Source of the DNA: Candidatus Marinacidobacterales bacterium
GTDB taxonomy: Bacteria; Acidobacteriota; Vicinamibacteria; Marinacidobacterales; DATDRI01
Assembly: GCA_965226495.1 (NCBI GenBank)
Contig: OZ245365.1
Coordinates: 544,001-608,000 of the forward strand
Length of the DNA stretch: 64,000 nucleotides
Direction: 5' to 3'
The notes under the pieces are model-generated. The model searched no databases, was not told where the DNA came from, and saw nothing but the letters and a program-made list of their open reading frames with translations. Position numbers and translations under genes: made by a program. Shown piece by piece: positions 9,084 through 18,390 of this stretch. Every line of letters starts with the position of its first letter. Within the stretch, counting starts at the first letter, position 1.

Positions 9084-11084
9084 TTACCCTTTCCCGTACT
9101 GGGCGCGAAGCTCGCGTCGAATGATCTTGTTGGATGGCGTCCGCGGTAGGGCATCGATCACGACGAGATCGTGCAGCTTGAACAGAGGGTTGAGCTTTGA
9201 CGCGATGAGGGACCCAAGCTCTCGTCTAAGCTCGGCCTGCTCCACTGGATCGCGAAGCACGGCGTATACAACCAGCTTATCGGCGCCCTGCCCTTCCGGC
9301 TGAATGGCGATAGCGGCACTCTCGTAGACTGAGGGATGAAGATCGAGCACCTGCTCCAACTCCGCCGAGCTGACTTTGATACCGCCCAGGTTCATCGCGT
9401 CATCGGCGCGACCGGCTGCCTTGAAAAAACCCTTATGCAGTCGAGCGATGCGATCTCCGTGACGGCGGAGTACTTCGCCATTTGGCCCACTCGGAGAACC
9501 CACGTAGTAGACGTCGTCGTGGTTTTTGTTGAGTAGCGTTTGAGAAAGCCCGATGGCGGGAGGAATAAGATAGAGCTCGCCCTCACCACCTTCAGGAACT
9601 GGCGCACCCTGTTCGTCGAGGATGACGAAGTCCGTTCCTAATGTTGGAGTGGTGAAGGTAGAGGGAGAGGCGTGTTGGATCACCGTGCCGGTAATGTGCC
9701 CCCCGCCGATCTCGGTGCCACCGAGATACTCGATAACGGGAGCTCGATAACCGGTGCGACTCATCAGCCAAAGATAATCCTCTTGGTTCGATGGCTCTCC
9801 GGTCGAGCTGAAGACGCGGATGCCGTTCCAGTTGGCATCTTCCAGAGCGGACGAGCGTCGCCACGCGCGGACCAGCGAGGGTACGACCCCGAGGATCGAA
9901 ACCCCGCCTTCGTCGATGAAGCGGGCGAAGCCGTCTCCAGTGGGGGCTCCTTCGTAAAGGGCCATGGTCGCCTTGTTCATGAGGGTCGCGTAGATTAACC
10001 ATGGACCCATCATCCAGCCGATGTTTGTCGGCCACGCCACGGTGTCTTCGGAGCCGATGTCTTGATGAAAGTGACCGTCCATCGCGCACTTGATCGGCGT
10101 GAGATGAGTCCAGGGTATCGCCTTGGGAACCCCGGTCGTTCCCGAAGAGAAGAGGACGTTGATGACATCGTACGGGTCGGCCGGCGAGTTAGTGAACTCG
10201 TTGGCAGTGGCGAGCACCTCTTTCCACGGCGTGTCCTGATCCCGAAGTGGCGGTGAATCTCCGATACCTTCTCCTGAAGGAGGTATCACTATGGCGCTTG
10301 GAATCTCTGCCTTGCGGACCTTGTCGTAGGGCCGAATGATCTTGCCCGACCATTGATAGCCGGCGGACGTGACGACGAGACTCGCCTCCGCGATCTCCAT
10401 TCGTTTCTTTAATTCTTCGGGCGAAAAACTATCCGCGATCGACACCACCCGTCTGCCCGCACGCACGATCCCAAGGTAGGCGACAACGCACTCGAGGGTC
10501 ATCGGCATATAGAGGCCGATCGCGGCTTCCGGCGCAGTGCGATCCTGAACGAATCTCGCCATCCGACTAACGAGCTCCTCGAGGCCTTGGTAGGAAGTTC
10601 GTGCTAACTCTGCTGAACCTTCCCGCCCCGAGACGATCGCGGTACCTTCCGGGGGAGCACCGAAGCAGCTATCGGCGATGTTGAGGCGCGCACCCGGTAA
10701 CCATTGGGGAGAGCGTGGACCGGCCGATGAATCGATGGTTGCGTCGGGCCGACGCGCAAAGACGAGCGAAAGTCGCTCGATCACTTTCGCCCAGAAGTCC
10801 TCGCGGTTCGCTATCGACCAGGTGTGGAGCTCCCGGTAGTCTGAGTACCCGAGCCCAGCCATGACTTGTCCCAGGTTGGAGGCCTCGATCCGGGCGGGGT
10901 CCGGGCGCCAGGCAATGGGAGGCCCGTTTTCGAGCTTTCGGTCGCGAAATATCTCTTGGAACATGGCCCATTGCTCCTCGAACGGCGGAGACGGGTCTTT
11001 TTGGTATGCGGCCACCTGTCGGGCCCAGCGCTCATCTTGCTCGTTCGGTTGGAAAGAGCGTGTGGGCCGGGCGGTTTGGGACAT
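9084..11084 (-). CDS. AMP-binding acyl-CoA synthetase (resembles plant AAE17/AAE18 subgroup)
   Basis: LFSSGTTGVPKAIPWT, WPTNIGWMMGP, FSSTGE, GGTEIGG, RRHGD, GRADDAMNLGGIK, LPRTPSNK. ATG 11084 preferred as start. Confidence 0.88.
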   Translation of the reverse strand: MSQTARPTRSFQPNEQDERWARQVAAYQKDPSPPFEEQWAMFQEIFRDRKLENGPPIAWRPDPARIEASNLGQVMAGLGYSDYRELHTWSIANREDFWAKVIERLSLVFARRPDATIDSSAGPRSPQWLPGARLNIADSCFGAPPEGTAIVSGREGSAELARTSYQGLEELVSRMARFVQDRTAPEAAIGLYMPMTLECVVAYLGIVRAGRRVVSIADSFSPEELKKRMEIAEASLVVTSAGYQWSGKIIRPYDKVRKAEIPSAIVIPPSGEGIGDSPPLRDQDTPWKEVLATANEFTNSPADPYDVINVLFSSGTTGVPKAIPWTHLTPIKCAMDGHFHQDIGSEDTVAWPTNIGWMMGPWLIYATLMNKATMALYEGAPTGDGFARFIDEGGVSILGVVPSLVRAWRRSSALEDANWNGIRVFSSTGEPSNQEDYLWLMSRTGYRAPVIEYLGGTEIGGGHITGTVIQHASPSTFTTPTLGTDFVILDEQGAPVPEGGEGELYLIPPAIGLSQTLLNKNHDDVYYVGSPSGPNGEVLRRHGDRIARLHKGFFKAAGRADDAMNLGGIKVSSAELEQVLDLHPSVYESAAIAIQPEGQGADKLVVYAVLRDPVEQAELRRELGSLIASKLNPLFKLHDLVVIDALPRTPSNKIIRRELRAQYGKG

Positions 11085-11181
11085 TCCAGCCACAATCTTA
11101 GTCCGAAAGGGCCCGCCGGGGTGTGGTGTAACCAACTCTTCGACTGGTTAAACCGAGCCCGGTTTCCACGCAGGCTATGAC

Positions 11182-12903
11182 GTGTTAGTCTCCGACCCCG
11201 TGAGCAGATACCTCCTTCTCTTTGTGCTGTTTCTCGGTGCCTGCGGGCAGCCCAGGCCCGAACCTCCAGACTGGATCCTTCACAACGGCAAGATCGTGAC
11301 GGTGGATGGGGACTTCCGGATTGCCGAGGCGGTTTCGATCCGGGCCAACGAGTTCCTTCGCGTGGGCCACGATGCGGACGTTCTCGGTACTCGCGGACCG
11401 GCCACGAGAGTGGTCGATTTGGGCGGAAGGACGGTTATCCCAGGGCTCATCGACAACCATAACCACCTACAGGACAAAGCGGTCGACCAATATTTGGGCG
11501 TCGAAGTAGCTTTGGTCGAGTCGTTGGAGGAAATGCTGGACGCGATACGCGCCAAGGCGAAGGACACACCCCCGGGTGAGATGATCTACACGACGTCTGG
11601 ATGGTTGATGGATCAGCTCGCGGAAAAGACGCCGCCGGATCGGTATTCGCTCGACCAGGCCGCGCCCAACAACCCGGTCCTGGTTCAGGGAGGGCACACT
11701 TATTACCTGAACTCGGCGGCGCTCGAGCTAGTCGGGATCAACCGGGCCACGCCGTCCCCGAGCGGCGGATTGGTTCACAAGGATCCGGGCGGTGTCCCGA
11801 CGGGGCTGCTCGTGGACAACGCCATGGCGCTAGCGCGCCATCTCATTCCGAAGCCTACCCATGAAGACCGGATGGAGGCGTTGAGAGTAGCTCAACGTAA
11901 ACAAAACGCGGTCGGCGTCACCGGAATTCGCGAGCCAGGACTCACGCCGGAAAAAATGCGCGCCTACAACGAGCTGCGGGCTCGCGAGGGACTGACGCTA
12001 CGTGTGAGTATGAACCTTAGCCTCGACAACCGGCGTAGTGCAGAGGAACTGATCCAGCAATTGGAGGAGTGGGGAGTGGCAACCGGCTTCGGAGATCCCT
12101 GGCTGCGTCTCGACGGCATCGGCGAGTTCGGGATCGATGGCGGATTCGAGGCAGCGTTGATGAGCGAGCCCTATCACGAGTTGGCGGGAGCTCCTGCACC
12201 GGCCGACTACTATGGCCTCCAGCGGATCGAGACGGAGAAATTCGAAGAGGTGATGGAGGGCATGGCCCGTCTCAACTGGCGGGGAAGCATTCACGTGGTC
12301 GGTGACAAAGGGCTCGACGTCGTGCTGGCGGCCTATGAGAAGGCCAACGAGGCCAAAGACATCGGGCCTCTCCGATGGATCCTCGAGCACTGCCATTACA
12401 CGCGCCCCGATCAGTTCGAGAAGATCAAGGAGCTCGGGTTATCTATCTCCACCCAGTTCCACCCGTACATGTCGTCCAATACGATGATCCGACACTGGGG
12501 GCCGGAGCGCGCCGCTCAGACGATGCGCCTTCGCGATTGGCTGGATGCGGGTATCCGCGTGGGGGGAGGAAGTGATTGGTCTCTGGTGCCGGCCAATCCT
12601 TTTTGGATGATTTACTTTTGGGTCACAAGGGAAACGCGGTTATGGGACGCGATTGGCCCCGAGCAACGCATCAGCCGCGAGGAAGCTCTCCGCGTTATGA
12701 CCATCAACAACGCGTACCTCACGTTCGAAGAAGAAATTAAGGGATCGATCGAGTCCGGTAAGCTCGCCGATTTCGTGATTCTCTCCGAGGACATTCTGAC
12801 CGTCCCGGAGCAAAAGATAAGGGATATTCGAGCTCTGGCGACTTTCGTCGATGGCAAGCTGGTTCACGAAGCACCCGATGCTGAGTCGCTCGGCTTGAAC
12901 TAA
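11182..12903 (+). CDS. Amidohydrolase-3 (YtcJ-like) lipoprotein
   Basis: Lipobox LFLGAC; VIPGLIDNHNH, IHVVGD, LEHC, GGSDW, KGSIESGKLADFVIL. Confidence 0.9.
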   Translation: MLVSDPVSRYLLLFVLFLGACGQPRPEPPDWILHNGKIVTVDGDFRIAEAVSIRANEFLRVGHDADVLGTRGPATRVVDLGGRTVIPGLIDNHNHLQDKAVDQYLGVEVALVESLEEMLDAIRAKAKDTPPGEMIYTTSGWLMDQLAEKTPPDRYSLDQAAPNNPVLVQGGHTYYLNSAALELVGINRATPSPSGGLVHKDPGGVPTGLLVDNAMALARHLIPKPTHEDRMEALRVAQRKQNAVGVTGIREPGLTPEKMRAYNELRAREGLTLRVSMNLSLDNRRSAEELIQQLEEWGVATGFGDPWLRLDGIGEFGIDGGFEAALMSEPYHELAGAPAPADYYGLQRIETEKFEEVMEGMARLNWRGSIHVVGDKGLDVVLAAYEKANEAKDIGPLRWILEHCHYTRPDQFEKIKELGLSISTQFHPYMSSNTMIRHWGPERAAQTMRLRDWLDAGIRVGGGSDWSLVPANPFWMIYFWVTRETRLWDAIGPEQRISREEALRVMTINNAYLTFEEEIKGSIESGKLADFVILSEDILTVPEQKIRDIRALATFVDGKLVHEAPDAESLGLN

Positions 12904-12970
12904 ACCCGCCGGAGGTCGGCCCCGATCCCGAAAGCGCGTCCGAAGCCCTGGGTTGAGCGAACCACCTGAA

Positions 12971-13000
12971 CCCTCGGGCAACAAGGTTCGTGCCCGAGGG
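12971..13000. terminator. Perfect 10-bp hairpin between convergent genes
   Basis: CCCTCGGGCA-N10-TGCCCGAGGG between stops at 12903 (+) and 13032 (-); no U-tract. Confidence 0.5.
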
Positions 13001-13031
13001 CCGGAGGTCGTCGGCTTTGCGCGAAACGGGT

Positions 13032-13613
13032 CTAGTGTTCCGGCGCGATCTTCACCATGATGTGGGCGTACGGGGTGCCCTTCCACATGACGTAGACGGG
13101 GTCCTTGGGGTCGGTGGAAAGCCCCTCCAACGCAGCCGAATCCGGCACCAGGATCATCAGATGTGGTCCTTCCTTGATCCAGTCGTTGTCGCTAGTGGGT
13201 TTGCTCGCGTAGGGATCCTTGTTGCTGACTCCCAGGGCTTCTCCCTCGCCGGCCAGCATGTAGGAGATGCTGAACTCTTTTACGTCGACTGGCTTCTTGT
13301 TCATCATGGCACCGAGCACCTCGTCCCATTGGGAGTCGGTTGTCAGCATCGGTCTCCGGGTCAACGGATCGGGTCGGTTGCACATCGGCCCGATGGCCGA
13401 TGACCCAGGGTAGCAGGTCCAGCCGTTCGACCCTTCCCTCAGCACCTTACCGTCCGAGGACTTGATCGTAGCGTTCTTCGTGACGGCCGCAGGAGCGGCG
13501 CTTTCCGCGTCCGTGATGAGCTCGGCCTTGCTCTTCTCCGCGTGTACGAGGCCGACCACCACCAGGCATAGCACTACAGACATTCCAACTAACATGATTT
13601 TCTTCACGTTCAT
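13032..13613 (-). CDS. Secreted conserved hypothetical protein
   Basis: Signal peptide (MNVKKIMLVGMSVVLCLVVVGLVHA); REGSNGWTC, SYMLAGE, EGPHLMI, VMWKGTPYAHIMV; RBS AAGGAGG. Confidence 0.8.
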   Translation of the reverse strand: MNVKKIMLVGMSVVLCLVVVGLVHAEKSKAELITDAESAAPAAVTKNATIKSSDGKVLREGSNGWTCYPGSSAIGPMCNRPDPLTRRPMLTTDSQWDEVLGAMMNKKPVDVKEFSISYMLAGEGEALGVSNKDPYASKPTSDNDWIKEGPHLMILVPDSAALEGLSTDPKDPVYVMWKGTPYAHIMVKIAPEH

Positions 13614-13707
13614 GGACCCTCCTTGGGAACGGTGGAGATTCTACTGATTTTCCGGTTGAAATTGCAATCCTTTTGAGCCGGTCAAGCCACCGAGGACCTC
13701 CGAGTCG

Positions 13708-13737
13708 TTGACAGCTATAGAAACTGCGTGCTAGCAT
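13708..13737 (+). promoter_or_regulatory. Putative sigma70 promoter of the SSS operon
   Basis: TTGACA-N18-TAGCAT with TGn extended -10, ~40 nt before the GTG at 13779. Confidence 0.55.
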
Positions 13738-13778
13738 CCGCCGCTTGAAGCTGGCCGCCTTCAAGTGATGAGGATCTC

Positions 13779-15245
13779 GTGAGCCCTCCCTCCGTCGGCC
13801 TCGTCGTTTTCGGTCTCTACCTAGTAGCCGTCGTCGCTATCGGCCTCATTTCGGCTCGATACCAAAAGACTTCCGAAGATTTTTGGGTGGCAAGCCGCCG
13901 GTTTGGTGTCGTGGTGTTGGTCATTGCCAACATGGCGGCCATCATGCACGGCGGCTCTATCCTGAGCGGCATGGCTTTCGCCGGCCGGTTCGGCGGCGTG
14001 GCGATACTGCCGTATTTGTCCATGTCTCTGGGCTTCGCGGTTATCTTTTTCTTTTTCGCGAAGAAACTCCGGGAGTCCAAGGGGTTCACCCTTCCGGACT
14101 ATATGGGAGACCGGTTCGACAGCCGCTTCTTGCGCATCTGGAGCGCGATCATGGTCGCCGTCTCCAGCATCGTCTACGTGGTCGCCCAGATCCGAGGCAT
14201 GGGCTTCATCCTGGAAAAGCTCCTCGGAATACCGTTCTTCTGGGGATTGGTCCTCGGGACCGTCATCTTCGTCTTTTATGTCGCCCTCGGCGGTCTTCTC
14301 GCCGTCGTCTGGACCAACATCGCCCAGTTCGTTTTCATGTGGGTGGGCCTCATGTTTCTCGCTCCCTACGTCTACCAGATGGCGGGGGGATGGTTCGAGG
14401 TGCTGGAGAAAGTCGAACAGGTGGCACCGGGCTGGACCTCAGTCCGCGGAACGACATGGACGACCAGCTTCTTGATCTCCTGGTATGTAGTATGGTTCGT
14501 CGCGTATTGCACACGAATCGAGCTGATCACCAAGATGTTTGCGGCTCGCGATAGCAAGATCGCTCGTTTCTCGATACCCTTCACCGCGTTGCTGGTGGGA
14601 GGCTTTTTGCTCTACGGGAATTTTTACCTAGGCGCCGCGGCGCGCGTTCTAGTGTGGGATCAAATCTCGAGTCCCGATCAAGCCTTTCCGGCGTTGGTGG
14701 GAGCCACGCTAGGACCCTTCTTGTCCGCGATCGCATTGACCGGCATCGCCAGCGCCGCGATGTCTACAACGGACTCGTTACTTCTCATGTCGGGGGCAGC
14801 GATCTCTCACGACATACTGCGAAAGAGCATTCACGAGCCCCGCGGCGTGGTCAAAGACGAGGGCTATTACTTGCGTGTCTCTCGCATCACGATCGTCGCG
14901 GTTGGAGTCATTGCTTTTCTAGGCTCCTTGCCGGATGTCGCCTTGATACTCCAGATCGTCTCCTACGCGGTGGCCATCGTCGGTGCTACTTTTTTCTTCC
15001 CGCTCATCGTGGGGCTCACTTCGCGCCGGGTGAGCAAAGAGGCGGCGACCGCATCCTCCGTGGGCGGCGGCGTCACGACCGCCATCTGGACGTGGTGGAC
15101 CCTGGCCGGTGCGGACTGGGTGCAAGGAGTGCATCCGGGAATCGTCGGGCTGGCTGTCGGCGGCGGCCTGATGCTCGTCGTCAACTTTTTCACACAACCG
15201 GTTAGAGAAGAAGCGACCAACAAGTTCTTTCCGGAGAAAGCCTGA
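13779..15245 (+). CDS. Sodium:solute symporter (PutP/PanF-like)
   Basis: Many TM segments; FTLPDYMGDRF, YVALGGLLAVVWTN, SAAMSTTDSLL. Confidence 0.92.
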   Translation: MSPPSVGLVVFGLYLVAVVAIGLISARYQKTSEDFWVASRRFGVVVLVIANMAAIMHGGSILSGMAFAGRFGGVAILPYLSMSLGFAVIFFFFAKKLRESKGFTLPDYMGDRFDSRFLRIWSAIMVAVSSIVYVVAQIRGMGFILEKLLGIPFFWGLVLGTVIFVFYVALGGLLAVVWTNIAQFVFMWVGLMFLAPYVYQMAGGWFEVLEKVEQVAPGWTSVRGTTWTTSFLISWYVVWFVAYCTRIELITKMFAARDSKIARFSIPFTALLVGGFLLYGNFYLGAAARVLVWDQISSPDQAFPALVGATLGPFLSAIALTGIASAAMSTTDSLLLMSGAAISHDILRKSIHEPRGVVKDEGYYLRVSRITIVAVGVIAFLGSLPDVALILQIVSYAVAIVGATFFFPLIVGLTSRRVSKEAATASSVGGGVTTAIWTWWTLAGADWVQGVHPGIVGLAVGGGLMLVVNFFTQPVREEATNKFFPEKA

Positions 15246-15252
15246 AAGCCTG

Positions 15253-15363
15253 ATGCTAGGACTACCGCTCAGTAGTTTCATCCTGCTCTTTGTGTTGCCA
15301 ACCCTGGTCTTGATCCCGATGTTCTACTATTGTTGGCTAATCAAGAAGGGACGCCGAGATTGA
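15253..15363 (+). CDS. Small single-TM protein, 36 aa (not in ORF track)
   Basis: MLGLPLSSFILLFVLPTLVLIPMFYYCWLIKKGRRD; fills the gap between the SSS and cyclase genes; hydrophobic helix plus basic tail. Confidence 0.7.
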   Translation: MLGLPLSSFILLFVLPTLVLIPMFYYCWLIKKGRRD

Positions 15364-15389
15364 ACGACGGTCTCGGAGGAGGAAAAGAA

Positions 15390-16250
15390 ATGAGGGCCCC
15401 AATGTTTATCGTGTCTACGACGCTTGTCCTGGGAATCGCGTTGCTCGTCTCCTGCGCGCCGTCGCAGAGGGACGCACCTCCCCCGTCGGTCGTGGAAGCA
15501 CTGGCGGCGGGAAATTATTCGCTAGTCGATCTGTCCCACCCGTATTACGAAGGTGCACCTGAGTTTGTGGCTCCTCCGGGTTTGGGGCAGGGAGTTCTCT
15601 TCAAGAAGACCGAAATCGCCAGGTGGGACGAGCGGGGAGCGAACACTTGGTACTGGAACTGGTACCAGATGACGGAGCACGCTGGGACCCACACCGACGC
15701 TCCGAACCATTGGTTTTCCGGCAAAGACAAAGAGTCGATCGACGAGATTCCCATCGACCGCCTGGTTGCCCCCGCGGTCGTCGTAGATGTGAAGGCCAAG
15801 GCCGCAGCGGATCCGGACTATACGCTAGCGGTCGATGATCTCGAGGCGTGGGAGCAGGCGCACGGTGAGATCCCTGCGGGCGCCATCGTGATCATGAACA
15901 GCGGCTGGGGTGACAAGTATTCTGATCTCCAAGCGTTTCTCGGTCTCGACGAGGGGGGAGGACTACACTTCCCGGGATTCTCCCCGGACGCCGCTAGATG
16001 GCTCTTGGAGAACCGTGACATCAACGCGCTCGCGTCCGATTCCCTCGCCACCGACGCGCTCGGTGTATCGATGGGCACCGACCCGCCGCACCAGGTGCAT
16101 ATCGAAATGCACCGGGCAGGAAAGTATCAGATTGAGATGATCGCGAACCTGGATACGCTTCCCGCCGCCGGGGCGTGGTTGGTTGTGGCGCCCATGAAGT
16201 TTCAGGGGGGCGGTGGAGCCGGTAGCCGAATTTTCGGGATTCTGCCGTAG
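15390..16250 (+). CDS. Cyclase-family metallohydrolase (KynB/isatin hydrolase-like), lipoprotein
   Basis: HAGTHTDAPNH = HxGTHxDxPxH; LVDLSHP, LHFPGFS; lipobox LLVSC; RBS GGAGG before ATG 15390. Confidence 0.88.
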   Translation: MRAPMFIVSTTLVLGIALLVSCAPSQRDAPPPSVVEALAAGNYSLVDLSHPYYEGAPEFVAPPGLGQGVLFKKTEIARWDERGANTWYWNWYQMTEHAGTHTDAPNHWFSGKDKESIDEIPIDRLVAPAVVVDVKAKAAADPDYTLAVDDLEAWEQAHGEIPAGAIVIMNSGWGDKYSDLQAFLGLDEGGGLHFPGFSPDAARWLLENRDINALASDSLATDALGVSMGTDPPHQVHIEMHRAGKYQIEMIANLDTLPAAGAWLVVAPMKFQGGGGAGSRIFGILP

Positions 16251-16255
16251 GCACC

Positions 16256-16921
16256 ATGCCGTTCGGCTGGTTCAAGAGCGATCGGTCGGGAGAGGCCAGC
16301 TATCACTGCGAGTTAGGCGCTGAGGCTCTCCAAGCCGGGGATCTCGACACCGCCATTGATTCCTATCGCAAGGCCCTCGAGCGCGATCCGAATCACGCCG
16401 TCGCGTTTCACGGATTAGGAATTGCCCACCTCGCAAGCGACGAGCTAGGGGAAGCCGTGACGTCGTTTCGGAGGGCGGCTGAACTTACGTCCGACCCCGG
16501 GGACGTCCTCCTATTGCTCGGGTTCGCGCTCATACAAAAGTCCGATTTCGATGAGGCTCTATTGGTTTACCAGCGCGCCGCCGAGCTCAGACCGGACCGG
16601 CCGGACGCCCACTTCGGTCTCGGTGTTGGCTTGGCTCGACAAGATCGAGCCGCCGAATCCGCGGAAGCATTCGGTCGAGCCATAGCGCTCAAGCCAGAAG
16701 ACGCCGAGGCACATAACAACCTCGCGGTAGTGCTGGTCGCTCTCGATCGGGTTGATGAAGCGGTCTCTTCTTATCGGCGAGCCATCGATCTCCAACCCAA
16801 GCACGCCGAGGCGCACCACGGCTTGGGTGTGTGTCTCCAAAAGCAAGGCAAGGATGAGGAATCCGAGCGCGAGTTTCAGCTAGCGCATCGGCTCGATCCC
16901 AGCTTGAACGAGCCTTCCTAG
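16256..16921 (+). CDS. TPR-repeat protein
   Basis: About six 34-aa TPRs (AEAHNNLAVVL...EAVSSYRRAIDLQP). Confidence 0.9.
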   Translation: MPFGWFKSDRSGEASYHCELGAEALQAGDLDTAIDSYRKALERDPNHAVAFHGLGIAHLASDELGEAVTSFRRAAELTSDPGDVLLLLGFALIQKSDFDEALLVYQRAAELRPDRPDAHFGLGVGLARQDRAAESAEAFGRAIALKPEDAEAHNNLAVVLVALDRVDEAVSSYRRAIDLQPKHAEAHHGLGVCLQKQGKDEESEREFQLAHRLDPSLNEPS

Positions 16922-16954
16922 TGGAGTGTAACGGGCGAATCTTGGTCCTTTTTT

Positions 16955-16989
16955 CCCTCTCCCCTTTGGGGAGAGGGTAGGGTGAGGGG
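16955..16989. repeat. BoxC-like CCCTCTCCC...GGGAGAGGG palindromic element
   Basis: CCCTCTCCCC-TTT-GGGGAGAGGG followed by TAGGGTGAGGGG, between convergent genes. Confidence 0.7.
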
Positions 16990-17024
16990 TCAGACGAGCC
17001 AAGCTCACTCCTGGCGTTGCTAGG

Positions 17025-18329
17025 CTAGGCGCTTTTGGGCAGCCCCTTCTTCGCAACGTGCTCCATGACGTTACAGAAATAGTCCAGTTCCTCGAGCGTG
17101 GAGAAGAGATTGGGCGTGACCCGAAGCCCCTGGAAGTCCTCTCGTAATATCGGGGCGACGATGATGTAGTGCTTGTCCCAAAGATACTCGCCCAGGGCTT
17201 TGGTATCGACTCCGATGATCTCCACCGTAGCGATCGCGCAACTCATTTCCGGTTTCAATGACGTATGGAGGCGTACGTTAGAGAGTTGCTGTAACCTTTC
17301 CGCCCAGTAGTGCTGGAGATAGCGCAGCCGAGCCTCCTTCCGCTCCGAGCCGATCGTATTATGGAAGGTGAGCGCTTCGCCGGTAGCGACTTCGTTGGCG
17401 GCGGGGTGCGTGCCGATCTCTTCGAACTTCCGGATGTCGTCGGCCATTTTCTCCGGTGCGGCCATGAGCGGCCAGATTTTCTTGATCTTGTCCCGCCGCA
17501 CGTACAGCATCCCTGTCCCTTTGGGAGCGAGAAGCCACTTGTGAAGGCTGGTGCCGAAATAGTCGCAACCCAGATCGGATTGGGTGAAGGCGAACTGGGC
17601 GAAGGAGTGCGCTCCGTCGACGATGACCTCGATGCCGCGCGAGCTCGCGAGCTCGACGATCTGCTTCACGGGAAAGATTTGCCCGGTGATGTTTACTTGA
17701 TGACTCACCAGAATTAATTTGGTCCGGGGAGTGATGGCACGGGCGAACGCTTCCACCAGGACATCCGTATCTTCGGTTGGCGTCGCGACGGGAAACAGCT
17801 TGATGTCGATCCCTTCGCGCCGGCGCCTTTGCTCGAGGGTGGTCAGCATGCGAGGGTAGTCATGCTCCGAGGTCACGACCTCGTCCCCGGACTGCAAGTC
17901 GAATCCGTTCAGCAAGATTTCGAGTGCCTCTGAAGCGTTACGCACCAGCGCGATTTCCTCACGATCACACCCGAATAACTCGGCTAATCCGCTTCGAACG
18001 ACTTCCCGGCGGGGCTCTAGGATTTGCCACATCGTGTAGACGGGTGCTTCTTCTTGCTCCCAGATGTAGCGCACCAGAGCCTCGGTGACGATGCGTGGAG
18101 AGGGGCAAACGCCACCACTGTTAAGATTGATGAGACTCCGGGTCACGGTAAACGCTTGTTGGATATCCCGCCAGTAGGCTTCGTCTTTTGCCGCCTCGAC
18201 CGGGCTGATACCCGCCAAGCGGCGCGACGAGGCTTCGACGCGGCGCATCGCCTCAGGCCCGAAGAACGTACCTACCGTCGCCGCTCCGAATCCCTTGCCT
18301 AGCGTCCCTAGAAAGCTCCGTCTTTCCAT
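17025..18329 (-). CDS. Tat-exported class V PLP enzyme (isopenicillin-N epimerase-like)
   Basis: Start at ATG 18329 with Tat motif MERRSFLG; VDGAHSF, GTSLHKWLLAPKGTG, KFEEIGT. Confidence 0.88.
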   Translation of the reverse strand: MERRSFLGTLGKGFGAATVGTFFGPEAMRRVEASSRRLAGISPVEAAKDEAYWRDIQQAFTVTRSLINLNSGGVCPSPRIVTEALVRYIWEQEEAPVYTMWQILEPRREVVRSGLAELFGCDREEIALVRNASEALEILLNGFDLQSGDEVVTSEHDYPRMLTTLEQRRRREGIDIKLFPVATPTEDTDVLVEAFARAITPRTKLILVSHQVNITGQIFPVKQIVELASSRGIEVIVDGAHSFAQFAFTQSDLGCDYFGTSLHKWLLAPKGTGMLYVRRDKIKKIWPLMAAPEKMADDIRKFEEIGTHPAANEVATGEALTFHNTIGSERKEARLRYLQHYWAERLQQLSNVRLHTSLKPEMSCAIATVEIIGVDTKALGEYLWDKHYIIVAPILREDFQGLRVTPNLFSTLEELDYFCNVMEHVAKKGLPKSA

Positions 18330-18390
18330 TTTTGTCCCTCCCAAATATCCCGGGGAGGTTATATCATCATTGGCAGACAGAGAAGGAAGC

